A stretch of 32,000 nucleotides of DNA from an uncultured Lentisphaeria bacterium (GTDB taxonomy: Bacteria > Verrucomicrobiota > Lentisphaeria > JABSQK01 > JAJFLO01), in contig OX638337.1 in NCBI GenBank assembly GCA_951812855.1, forward strand, positions 630,001-662,000, given 5' to 3'. Shown here in pieces: positions 11,460 to 19,273 of the stretch. Position numbers and translations under genes: made by a program. The notes under the pieces were generated by a model. It was not told the origin of the DNA and made no database searches. It saw nothing but the letters and a program-made list of their open reading frames with translations. Positions within the stretch are counted from its first letter, which is position 1; each line of letters opens with the position of its first letter.

Positions 11460-11733
11460 TTTCTAATCGTCATAGGTTTACTTTGAAACCTGTTGGGCAG
11501 GCTTCCCCAAATGAAGTCAAATTTTGTTCTGAATATCACCCAATTTTGCATTTTTTACGGTAAGTTGATTTCAGGTAAAATTACCTGTATCGTCGATATA
11601 TTGAATCTGCTTACCGTCGACTGACAGATTCTTTAGCGGGATTTCTTTGAGAATCAATAAATCTTGTTCAACCAAACCATTAATCACTAACTCATGAATT
11701 GGCATAGATATCACGTCGTATCGTCGATATCAT

Positions 11734-11925
11734 TTATTTTACCGGGTCTTGTTCGGGGGGCATAAACCCCGGAATGCTCATAATCTGTCCTGAAATTGTC
11801 TTTATTGAACGATTGACTTCTTTATCTGAAATTATTGAATCAATGGAATCATTTTCGTGATCAGGACTTAATGTGATCTTGACAGGCTGGTATTCATAGT
11901 GTCTGTATAATAATGCACAAATATT
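11734..11925 (-). pseudogene. Possible second protein-kinase fragment (activation-segment-like)
   Basis: This start-less open frame reads ..YEYQPVKITLSPDHENDSIDSIISDKEVNRSIKTISGQIMSIPGFMPPEQDPVK*. The segment IPGFMPPEQ resembles the kinase GTPxYMAPEQ segment. VKIT resembles the strand that precedes DFG. It is a weak by-eye call. Confidence 0.25.
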
Positions 11926-11958
11926 TTATATGCCTACAGCCCCGCTGTGTCATTATTT

Positions 11959-12639
11959 TTAGTGTTGCGATTGGCGGATTAATGTATAGAAACGGTCTTC
12001 GTATTTCTCAAAAACACCAAGTTTTTTTAGTTTATTACCTAAAAAATTTATACGTGTTCTATCGGTAGAAGCTGCAATGAATTCAGATTCAATTTCGTCT
12101 TTCATATCCTGATTTGAAGCCAAATTAAACTGAGAAAGTTCATTCAAATTCACTGAAGCAGATTGCTGTAGATAATCAACAAAAAATTTCAATAAGGAAA
12201 CTTCCCAAAACTCGTCGGCACCAACAATGATTGCAGACATGTTATCTTCTTTATTTAATACCTTATCTTTTACTCGTTTTGAAACATCATCTATAGTTCC
12301 GGAAAGTAATTCTTCTGAAATTTTCTCTTTGCGAAAATGTAATCCAAACTTCAATATTTTGATCATTTCACCATTATCCATAAGCCATTCGGCATATTCA
12401 CGTGCTTTATCCCCAAATCCTTCTAACAACTGTGATGCAAAATGAGACGGCGTAATGATTTGCGGTCTTTCTGAACACATACTTCCGGCTCTCAATCTAA
12501 CTTTATTCACTTCATCCATCAGTTCACTTAACAAATGGTAACGAATTGTTGTCCTGCCAAATGTTTCGAGTGACTGTTTGGGTGCATGAACCACTTTTGT
12601 AACATTCACTGCGTACCAGATATCCTCTTGCTTACCCAT
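11959..12639 (-). CDS. Hypothetical protein
   Basis: A 226-aa ORF of non-repetitive composition. I recognise no motif. Confidence 0.55.
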   Translation of the reverse strand: MGKQEDIWYAVNVTKVVHAPKQSLETFGRTTIRYHLLSELMDEVNKVRLRAGSMCSERPQIITPSHFASQLLEGFGDKAREYAEWLMDNGEMIKILKFGLHFRKEKISEELLSGTIDDVSKRVKDKVLNKEDNMSAIIVGADEFWEVSLLKFFVDYLQQSASVNLNELSQFNLASNQDMKDEIESEFIAASTDRTRINFLGNKLKKLGVFEKYEDRFYTLIRQSQH

Positions 12640-12820
12640 AGTTAATCCATTAAATCTTGAAGTTTGTACATTTAATATTTCACTGCTATAATTTTTGAAA
12701 GTCAGAAAATTGGGAGTTTGTATTTTACATTGGGGCGAAAAAATTACCAGTATTGTTTATTTCAAAATATTCAAGATATGTCGATAAATTGAATTTATAA
12801 TATCAAAAAACTTCGGGTTT

Positions 12821-12979
12821 ATGAGATTAGAATTCGACTATTTTCAAAATCAAATCTATGAATTTAGGTATCTGCTCTCTAATCTTAATTCGGTTCAAGA
12901 TGACGATTTAAGTCATAATGAATATTCTTATATTAAATTAATCAGTATTGCCTTAAAGTGTATAAACAAGAAATTTTGA
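12821..12979 (+). CDS. Possible small ORF (52 aa), unannotated
   Basis: It starts at an ATG and reads MRLEFDYFQNQIYEFRYLLSNLNSVQDDDLSHNEYSYIKLISIALKCINKKF*. It is below the track cutoff and has no known motif. Confidence 0.25.
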   Translation: MRLEFDYFQNQIYEFRYLLSNLNSVQDDDLSHNEYSYIKLISIALKCINKKF

Positions 12980-13005
12980 CAGTTCGAGTAGGATTAAATA
13001 AAATT

Positions 13006-13428
13006 ATGCTGCCGCTAAGGAAAAAAAAGTTTAGTGAATTACGTAAAGCTCATATCTTATTTGGACAAAAAGGTGAAAAAATAGCCTGTGATCTATTACA
13101 AAATCTCGGACTGACTATACTGCATCGTAATTTTAGAGGCCCTCACGGTGAGATCGATATCATTGCACGCGATCAAGCAGTTTTATGTATTGTTGAGGTA
13201 AAAACTCGACACCGATCACCATTTTCCCGACCTGCAGATGCCGTAACATTGAAAAAGAAACAAAACATCGTAAAAACTGCAAACAGATATCTGCGACAAC
13301 TGGGGCGTCCATCAATAATTTATCGATTTGATATAGTGGAAGTTATTTTTAATCAAAGAAGACTGATCGATATAAGATATTGGCCCAACGAGTTTTCAGC
13401 CTCAGAATTAAATCAGGGCGTATATTAA
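13006..13428 (+). CDS. yraN: YraN-family (UPF0102) endonuclease-like protein
   Basis: It shows the GEKIACDLLQNLGLTILHRNFRGPHGEIDIIARDQAVLCIVEVKTR signature. I prefer the ATG at 13006 over the track's GTG at 12958, because typical YraN proteins are about 120-140 aa. Confidence 0.85.
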   Translation: MLPLRKKKFSELRKAHILFGQKGEKIACDLLQNLGLTILHRNFRGPHGEIDIIARDQAVLCIVEVKTRHRSPFSRPADAVTLKKKQNIVKTANRYLRQLGRPSIIYRFDIVEVIFNQRRLIDIRYWPNEFSASELNQGVY

Positions 13429-13759
13429 CTGACGATTGGAAATATTTTTTCTGGACTAAAAGTTACATATCCTCATGTTTAAACAAAAAATGAGTTGCTC
13501 AGAGCTGAATTAATTATGACTGGCAATATCAATTATTGTTCTGTTGATCCACGAGTTGCGTTTAATACTGCTCTACATAATCGTGTTGCCAAAATTATCT
13601 TAGAACATTTACATCCATCAGACCGGGTTCATTTTCATCATCGAAATTGAAAATAATTCTAAACCTGACAAAAATATGTCGAATCCAGGTTAAATATACT
13701 CTTTAAGGTTTGACCGGTTAAGTTGACTGGATTTTTTTGACAAACAATTATTTTACAAC

Positions 13760-14077
13760 TTGATTTTGATATATTTCAAATACGATGAAAAAAGAGAGCG
13801 ATTTGAAACTGGAGAATTAGACCTGGGCTTACATCAGCGAAAATTCAAGACTGGTACAGTCATTAAAATGTATTCTTATGATCTTCCGTCAGGATCACGT
13901 TCAGTAATTTCCCGTGTTCTTAACCAAAGTATTGATGAATATTTATTCAATCCGGCACTGCCAATCTTAACTGTTGATAAACCAGAACGCTATCCAGGCG
14001 AGAAGATGTTCAAAGCTGGATCGAAAGTCAGAAAACAGATAGTGGTAAGAACGGGCAGAGAGGATGATTTTCATTGA
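13760..14077 (+). CDS. Hypothetical ORF abutting the island (possibly a junction artefact)
   Basis: 105 aa with a TTG start and host-like AT-rich composition. Its TGA stop overlaps the TTG start of the methyltransferase (TTGA at 14074-14077). No motif was recognised. Confidence 0.3.
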   Translation: MILIYFKYDEKRERFETGELDLGLHQRKFKTGTVIKMYSYDLPSGSRSVISRVLNQSIDEYLFNPALPILTVDKPERYPGEKMFKAGSKVRKQIVVRTGREDDFH

Positions 14078-16824
14078 ACACCGTTGAAATAGAAGAAGCG
14101 ATATCCGCGTTAGCGGCAGAGCCGTTCGACGCGGCGGAATTCCCCTATGCGTTTCTGGAAGCGTTTGACAATAAGGCCACCACCATCAAGCGGTTGCGGT
14201 ACGGCAATGCCAACAAATCGGATATCGATGGCGGGGTTTTACAGCGCAACAACATCCATTTGGCTGTATGCAAGCAGGATAAAGTCTCCGACACCCTGGT
14301 GTTGCTCAAAGACAGTCCGGCCACAATAAAAGGCAAGACAAAATTCATACTGGCAACAGACGGCATTGATTTTGAAGCAGAAGACATAACCTCTGGTGAC
14401 ACCCTTGCTTGTAAATACAGTGATTTTCCCGACCGCTTTGGTTTTTTCCTTCCTCTTGCAGGCATTAGCACGGTCAGGCAAATCCGTGAGAACTCTGTTG
14501 ATATTCGAGCTGCCAGCCGCTTAAACAAATTGTATGTCGAGTTGCTAAGGAATAACCCTGATTGGGGTACCTCCGAACACCGCCATGATATGAACCACTT
14601 TATGGCCCGGCTAATTTTCTGTTTCTTCGCTGAAGATACCGACATATTCAACGGCGATAATTTGTTTACCGCAACCATCGAACAAATGAGTGCAAAAGAT
14701 TCGTCGAATACCCATGAGGTAATCGGTGAAATCTTTCGATCGATGAACGTTAAAATCACTGATCGAAAGAAAAAAGTATTGCGTTCATGGGCGAATGGTT
14801 TTCCCTACGTAAATGGCGGGCTTTTTTCAGCAGATACAGAAATACCGGAATTTACCAGAATTGCACGTTCCTATCTCTTACACGTTGGAAGGCTGGATTG
14901 GCAAAAAATCAACCCCGATATTTTCGGTTCGATGATACAGGCGGTGGCAGACGATGAAGAACGCGGCAGTCTCGGCATGCACTACACCAGCGTTCCCAAT
15001 ATTTTAAAGGTTCTCAATCCACTGTTTTTGGATGATCTTCATCGTCAACTGAAGCAGGCAGGAAATAACGCCAGAAAATTATTAAACCTGCGGCGGCGGA
15101 TATCGACTATTCGTGTATTTGATCCCGCCTGTGGGTCGGGTAATTTTCTTGTCATTGCGTATAAAAAACTGCGTGAAATCGAAGCTGAAATAAATGATCG
15201 GCGCGGTGAAAAAGGTCGGTCAACGGATATTCCGCTTACCAACTTCAGGGGCATTGAGCTGCGGGATTTTCCCGCCGAGATTGCACGGCTGGCGTTGATT
15301 ATAGCGCAGTACCAATGCGACTTGCGATATCTCGGTCAGAAATTAGCACTGGCTGAATTCTTGCCGTTAGACAGGGAAAATTGGATTACTTCAGGCAATG
15401 CTCTGGAAATCGATTGGCTTTCTATTTGTCCATCTACTGGAACGTCAGTAAAAATGATGGGTGATGACTTATTTAATAAACCAGTCGATCAGGCAGAGGT
15501 AGAATTTGAAAACAAAGGCGGTGAAACCTATATCTGTGGTAACCCTCCTTACCTGGGAAGTACATGGCAGTCTAAAGAGCAAAAAGCCGATTTAAAACAT
15601 ATTTTCGACGGTAAAACTAAAAACTGGAAATCGCTGGATTATGTTTCCGGCTGGTTCATGAAGGCAGCAGAGTATGGGCGTCAAACAAACGCTGTAAGTG
15701 CGTTTGTTGCGACAAATTCTATATGTCAGGGACAACACGTACCGATTTTGTGGCCGCTCATTTTCAGCACCGGTCATAAAATCGACTTCGCCCACACCTC
15801 CTTCAAATGGGCAAACCTCGCCAGCCACAATGCCGGCGTGACGGTGGCAATTATTGGGATTTCCAACAGACCCCGGAAGTACCGAAGCCTTTACTCAATC
15901 TCAGAGGAAGGAAATCCGATAGAAAAAAGAACCGGGAATATCAATGCTTACCTGATTTCAGGTGCAAATGTCATTGTTGAGAAGTCATCCAGACCTGTAT
16001 GCGAATTATCTGAAATGAAATTTGGCAACAAGCCTGTTGATGGCGGCAACCTCCTTTTGTCGAAGGCGGAGGTTTCTGAACTGGGTCTGTCTAAAAAACA
16101 ACATCGTAAATTTATCCGTCGCATAGTTGGCTCTGCGGAATTTATAAAAGGCCTGCAACGTTATTGCCTTTGGATCGAGGATCAACATTTAGATGAGGCA
16201 ATGGCTATAGAGCCGATTCAAAAACGCATAGAGGCTGTTCGAGAAAAACGCCTGGCCAGCCGAGATAAAAGTGCGAACGATATGGCGAAGCGTTCCCACC
16301 AGATGCGTGAGATGAATATTGGGAAAAGCCATTCTATCGTCGTTCCGCGTGTCAGCTCGGAAAACCGCGATTATCTGCCCTGCGGCCTGCTTCCGTCGGG
16401 AACAATCGTTTCGGACAGCTGTTTTGCACTCTATGACGCACCGCTCTGGAACATGGCAATAATAGCCTCCCGCCTGCATCTGGTTTGGATTGGTACGGTA
16501 TGCGGCAGGCTTGGAACCGGCTATAGGTATTCCAACACGCTTGGCTGGAACACTTTTCCAATCCCAAAATTGACTGAAAAGAACAAAGAAGATTTAGAAC
16601 GCTGCGCCGAGGATATACTCCTGGCACGGGAAGCACATTTTCCCGCCACCATCGCCGATCTCTATAAACCGGAAAAAATGCCGGAAAACCTCCGCCGCAA
16701 CCATGAGCAAAATGATGAAGTGTTAGAACGCATCTATATCGGCCGCCGCTTCCGCAACGACACCGAACGCCTCGAAAAGCTCTTCGAACTCTACACCCGT
16801 ATGACGAAGAAGGGGGCGGCATGA
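14074..16824 (+). CDS. MmeI/PglX-like gamma-class N6-adenine DNA methyltransferase with a C-terminal TRD
   Basis: 916 aa. Motif I is VFDPACGSGNFLV (15121-15147). Motif IV is GNPPYLG (NPPY at 15541-15552). Blocks I recall from the MmeI family: LIFCFFAEDTDIF, FPYVNGGLF, LDWQKINPDIFGSMIQ, GMHYTSVPNILKVLNPLFLDDL, KFGNKPVDGGNLLL, RYCLWI, VPRVSSENRDYLP, GRLGTGYRYSNTLGWNTFP, LYKPEKMPENLRRNHEQND. The start is TTG, with GAGAGGA 9-10 nt upstream. Confidence 0.9.
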   Translation: MNTVEIEEAISALAAEPFDAAEFPYAFLEAFDNKATTIKRLRYGNANKSDIDGGVLQRNNIHLAVCKQDKVSDTLVLLKDSPATIKGKTKFILATDGIDFEAEDITSGDTLACKYSDFPDRFGFFLPLAGISTVRQIRENSVDIRAASRLNKLYVELLRNNPDWGTSEHRHDMNHFMARLIFCFFAEDTDIFNGDNLFTATIEQMSAKDSSNTHEVIGEIFRSMNVKITDRKKKVLRSWANGFPYVNGGLFSADTEIPEFTRIARSYLLHVGRLDWQKINPDIFGSMIQAVADDEERGSLGMHYTSVPNILKVLNPLFLDDLHRQLKQAGNNARKLLNLRRRISTIRVFDPACGSGNFLVIAYKKLREIEAEINDRRGEKGRSTDIPLTNFRGIELRDFPAEIARLALIIAQYQCDLRYLGQKLALAEFLPLDRENWITSGNALEIDWLSICPSTGTSVKMMGDDLFNKPVDQAEVEFENKGGETYICGNPPYLGSTWQSKEQKADLKHIFDGKTKNWKSLDYVSGWFMKAAEYGRQTNAVSAFVATNSICQGQHVPILWPLIFSTGHKIDFAHTSFKWANLASHNAGVTVAIIGISNRPRKYRSLYSISEEGNPIEKRTGNINAYLISGANVIVEKSSRPVCELSEMKFGNKPVDGGNLLLSKAEVSELGLSKKQHRKFIRRIVGSAEFIKGLQRYCLWIEDQHLDEAMAIEPIQKRIEAVREKRLASRDKSANDMAKRSHQMREMNIGKSHSIVVPRVSSENRDYLPCGLLPSGTIVSDSCFALYDAPLWNMAIIASRLHLVWIGTVCGRLGTGYRYSNTLGWNTFPIPKLTEKNKEDLERCAEDILLAREAHFPATIADLYKPEKMPENLRRNHEQNDEVLERIYIGRRFRNDTERLEKLFELYTRMTKKGAA

Positions 16825-17225
16825 GCCAGTTCGCACCCATCCCCTATGCCGCGCTCAATTCGCGCCAGAAGGAAAACTACAACTTCCACAAGGTCGCTGC
16901 GCGTATGGCCGATTACGGCTTCAACTGCCTGCGGCTGACCGACGACTGGCAGGGGGCGGATTTCATCGCCTGCCACATCGACGGCGAGACCTTTCTGAAG
17001 GTGCAGCTCAAGGGGCGTCTGGTCATCAACCGCAAGTATCAGGGGAAGGGTATCCACGTCGCCTTCATCGATCGGGAGCGGGTGTTTGTCTATCCGCATG
17101 ATGAGATGGTCAGGCAAGCTGAAGGGCACATCAACAACACCGCGTCGTGGCGTGATCGCGGTGCTTATACGTGGCCATCAACGCCCGCCTGGGCAATCAA
17201 TTTTTTAGAAAAGTTCAGGATTTGA
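16821..17225 (+). CDS. Small PD-(D/E)xK-like (YraN/restriction-endonuclease-like) protein, putative
   Basis: 134 aa. Its ATG overlaps the methyltransferase stop (ATGA). The segment GADFIACHIDGETFLKVQLKGR (D47 at 16959-16961, QLK at 17004-17012) mirrors the YraN core GEIDIIARDQAVLCIVEVKTR found in this same window. Q replaces the usual E. Confidence 0.6.
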   Translation: MSQFAPIPYAALNSRQKENYNFHKVAARMADYGFNCLRLTDDWQGADFIACHIDGETFLKVQLKGRLVINRKYQGKGIHVAFIDRERVFVYPHDEMVRQAEGHINNTASWRDRGAYTWPSTPAWAINFLEKFRI

Positions 17226-17227
17226 CC

Positions 17228-19273
17228 ATGACCAATAATATTCCCTCCGTTTCCGTCACCTATGCCCGAAACGGCAGCTCCACCAAATCGAACGAGCTTG
17301 GGATGCGCCCGATGCAGGAGCTTGCGTATGAGAAGCGGGGCGAGCAGTATCTTCTGATAAAGTCTCCTCCCGCTTCTGGTAAAAGCCGTGCACTGATGTT
17401 CATCGCACTCGACAAGCTGCACAATCAAAACGTGGATAAAGTCATTATAGCCGTCCCTGAAAAGTTCATTGGTTTCAGCTTTGCCAATGAGCCGCTCTCT
17501 CAGTATGGCTTTTATTGGGATTGGAAAGTCGAGCCAAAGTGGAATTTGTGTAATGCACCGGGAGAAGATGGCGGCAAAGTAAACTCTGTTAAAGCTTTTC
17601 TCGACAGCGAGGATCGCGTTCTGGTCGCGACCCATGCGACCTTCCGCTTTGCCATGGACAAGTTCGGGATTGAAGCTTTTGATGATTGCCTGATCGCAGT
17701 GGACGAGTTCCATCATGTCAGCACCAACCCGGATAACAAACTCGGCAATCACCTCGGTCAGCTTATTGAACGTGACAAGGTGCATATTGTCGCTATGACG
17801 GGCTCATATTTCCGGGGCGACGCCGAAGCGGTCTTGTCCGCTCAGGACGAAGCTGAATTTGAGACGGTAATATATACCTATTACGAACAGCTCAATGGTT
17901 ATGACTGCCTGAAAACCCTGGATATAGGGTATTACTTCTATTCAGGTTCTTATGCAGACAGTATTTTGGATGTTCTGGATGCCACTGAGAAAACCATTAT
18001 TCATATTCCCAATGTCAATTCCAGAGAGAGTACAAAGGATAAACATAAAGAAGTCGAACATATTATTGAAGCACTCGGTTCATGGAAAGGTGTGGATGAG
18101 AATACAGGCTTTCATTTAGTGAAAACCCCCGATGGCACACTGCTTCGTATCGCTGATCTGGTAGACGATGAGCCCGCAAGGCGAGACAAGGTTTCGGCGG
18201 CTGTCAAGATGCCTTCAGAAAAAAATAATAGAGACTATATTGATATCATTATTGCCCTCGGCATGGCCAAAGAAGGCTTTGATTGGATATGGTGTGAGCA
18301 CGTTCTTACAATAGGCTACAGGGCAAGCCTGACTGAAATAATACAAATCATAGGCCGTGCCACTCGCGATGCTAAAGGTAAAACCCACGCCCGTTTTACC
18401 AACCTGATTGCAGAGCCGGATGCCTCTGAAGAAGCTGTAACAGATGCTGTGAATGATACGCTGAAAGCCATTGCTGCTTCCCTGTTGATGGAGCAGGTGC
18501 TCGCTCCGAAGTTCAACTTTACCCCGAAAGTGTCAACCAGCAGCCCCGGGGAAGGGTTTGACTACGGCGAAAATGGTTATGATCCAAGCAGGGAAAATGT
18601 CGGTTTCAATAGCGACACTGGCCAATTCCAAATTGAGATTAAGGGGCTTGTAGAGCCTAAGTCTGAAAATGCACAACGAATTGTCCACGAAGATTTGGAC
18701 GAGGTCATTACCGCCTTTGTTCAGGATAAGACCGCAATAGAACGCGGCCTGTTTGACGATGAGATCGTACCCGAAGAACTGACACAGCTTCGTATGGGTA
18801 AGATCGTCAAAAATAAATATCCTGAGCTTGATGAAGGTGATCAGGAAGCAGTTCGACAATATGCAATAGCCGCTTTTAATCTGACTCAAAAAGCCAAGGA
18901 AGTGGTAAATGATTCGGCAGAGTGTCAAGCTGCAGGCAATACAGCACTGATCGACGGCATTCGCAAATATGCTATGGATGTGCGTGAGCTCGATATCGAT
19001 CTGATAGATCGAATCAATCCGTTTGGAGAAGCCTACGCAATCCTTTCAAAGGCTATGAGTAAAGAAAGCCTGAAACAGGTTGCCGCCGTTATTTCTGCTA
19101 AACGAGTAAATCTTACGCCTGAAGACGCAAGGGATTTAGCCAAACGAGCGCTGAAGTTTAAGATTGAGCGCAAACGTTTGCCTGATATTAATTCTCAAGA
19201 CCCATGGGAAAAAAGAATGGCCGAAGGGGTTGCTTACTTAGCCAGAATGAAGGCGGAGGCATCTAATGGTTAA
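17228..19273 (+). CDS. SF2 DEAD/DEAH-box (ResIII-like) helicase/translocase with a long C-terminal extension
   Basis: 681 aa from the ATG at 17228, with AGGA 8 nt upstream. The track's 17171 start would overlap the previous ORF. Motif I is SPPASGKS (GKS at 17378-17386). Motif II is DEFH (17702-17713). Motif III is MTGS. Motif VI is QIIGRATR (18344-18367). Confidence 0.9.
   Translation: MTNNIPSVSVTYARNGSSTKSNELGMRPMQELAYEKRGEQYLLIKSPPASGKSRALMFIALDKLHNQNVDKVIIAVPEKFIGFSFANEPLSQYGFYWDWKVEPKWNLCNAPGEDGGKVNSVKAFLDSEDRVLVATHATFRFAMDKFGIEAFDDCLIAVDEFHHVSTNPDNKLGNHLGQLIERDKVHIVAMTGSYFRGDAEAVLSAQDEAEFETVIYTYYEQLNGYDCLKTLDIGYYFYSGSYADSILDVLDATEKTIIHIPNVNSRESTKDKHKEVEHIIEALGSWKGVDENTGFHLVKTPDGTLLRIADLVDDEPARRDKVSAAVKMPSEKNNRDYIDIIIALGMAKEGFDWIWCEHVLTIGYRASLTEIIQIIGRATRDAKGKTHARFTNLIAEPDASEEAVTDAVNDTLKAIAASLLMEQVLAPKFNFTPKVSTSSPGEGFDYGENGYDPSRENVGFNSDTGQFQIEIKGLVEPKSENAQRIVHEDLDEVITAFVQDKTAIERGLFDDEIVPEELTQLRMGKIVKNKYPELDEGDQEAVRQYAIAAFNLTQKAKEVVNDSAECQAAGNTALIDGIRKYAMDVRELDIDLIDRINPFGEAYAILSKAMSKESLKQVAAVISAKRVNLTPEDARDLAKRALKFKIERKRLPDINSQDPWEKRMAEGVAYLARMKAEASNG

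Noticed and set aside
13430-14073. A search of the island's left flank for the missing part of the cysteine desulfurase or a repeat of the tRNA-Leu(UAG) 3' end.
   Set aside because: By-eye six-frame reading gave only weak, unconvincing resemblances, for example IFNFDDENEPGLMDVNVLR on the minus strand. No copy of GGGGGTTCGAGTCCCCCC or TGGTGCGAGAGG was seen. A computed alignment is needed.
17171-17227. The track's upstream start for the helicase (700 aa).
   Set aside because: It would overlap the 134-aa ORF by 55 nt. The ATG at 17228 has an AGGA RBS and begins 2 nt after the previous stop, which fits the tight coupling seen elsewhere in the operon.
14145-17785. Long antisense ORFs inside the island genes. 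Examples are 14145-14759 minus (204 aa), 16352-16840 minus (162 aa), 16791-17129 minus (112 aa) and 17165-17785 minus (206 aa).
   Set aside because: They lie opposite ORFs with clear methyltransferase or helicase motifs. GC-rich coding DNA commonly produces stop-free antisense frames. Their sequences are Arg/Pro/Ser/Gly-rich with no motifs.
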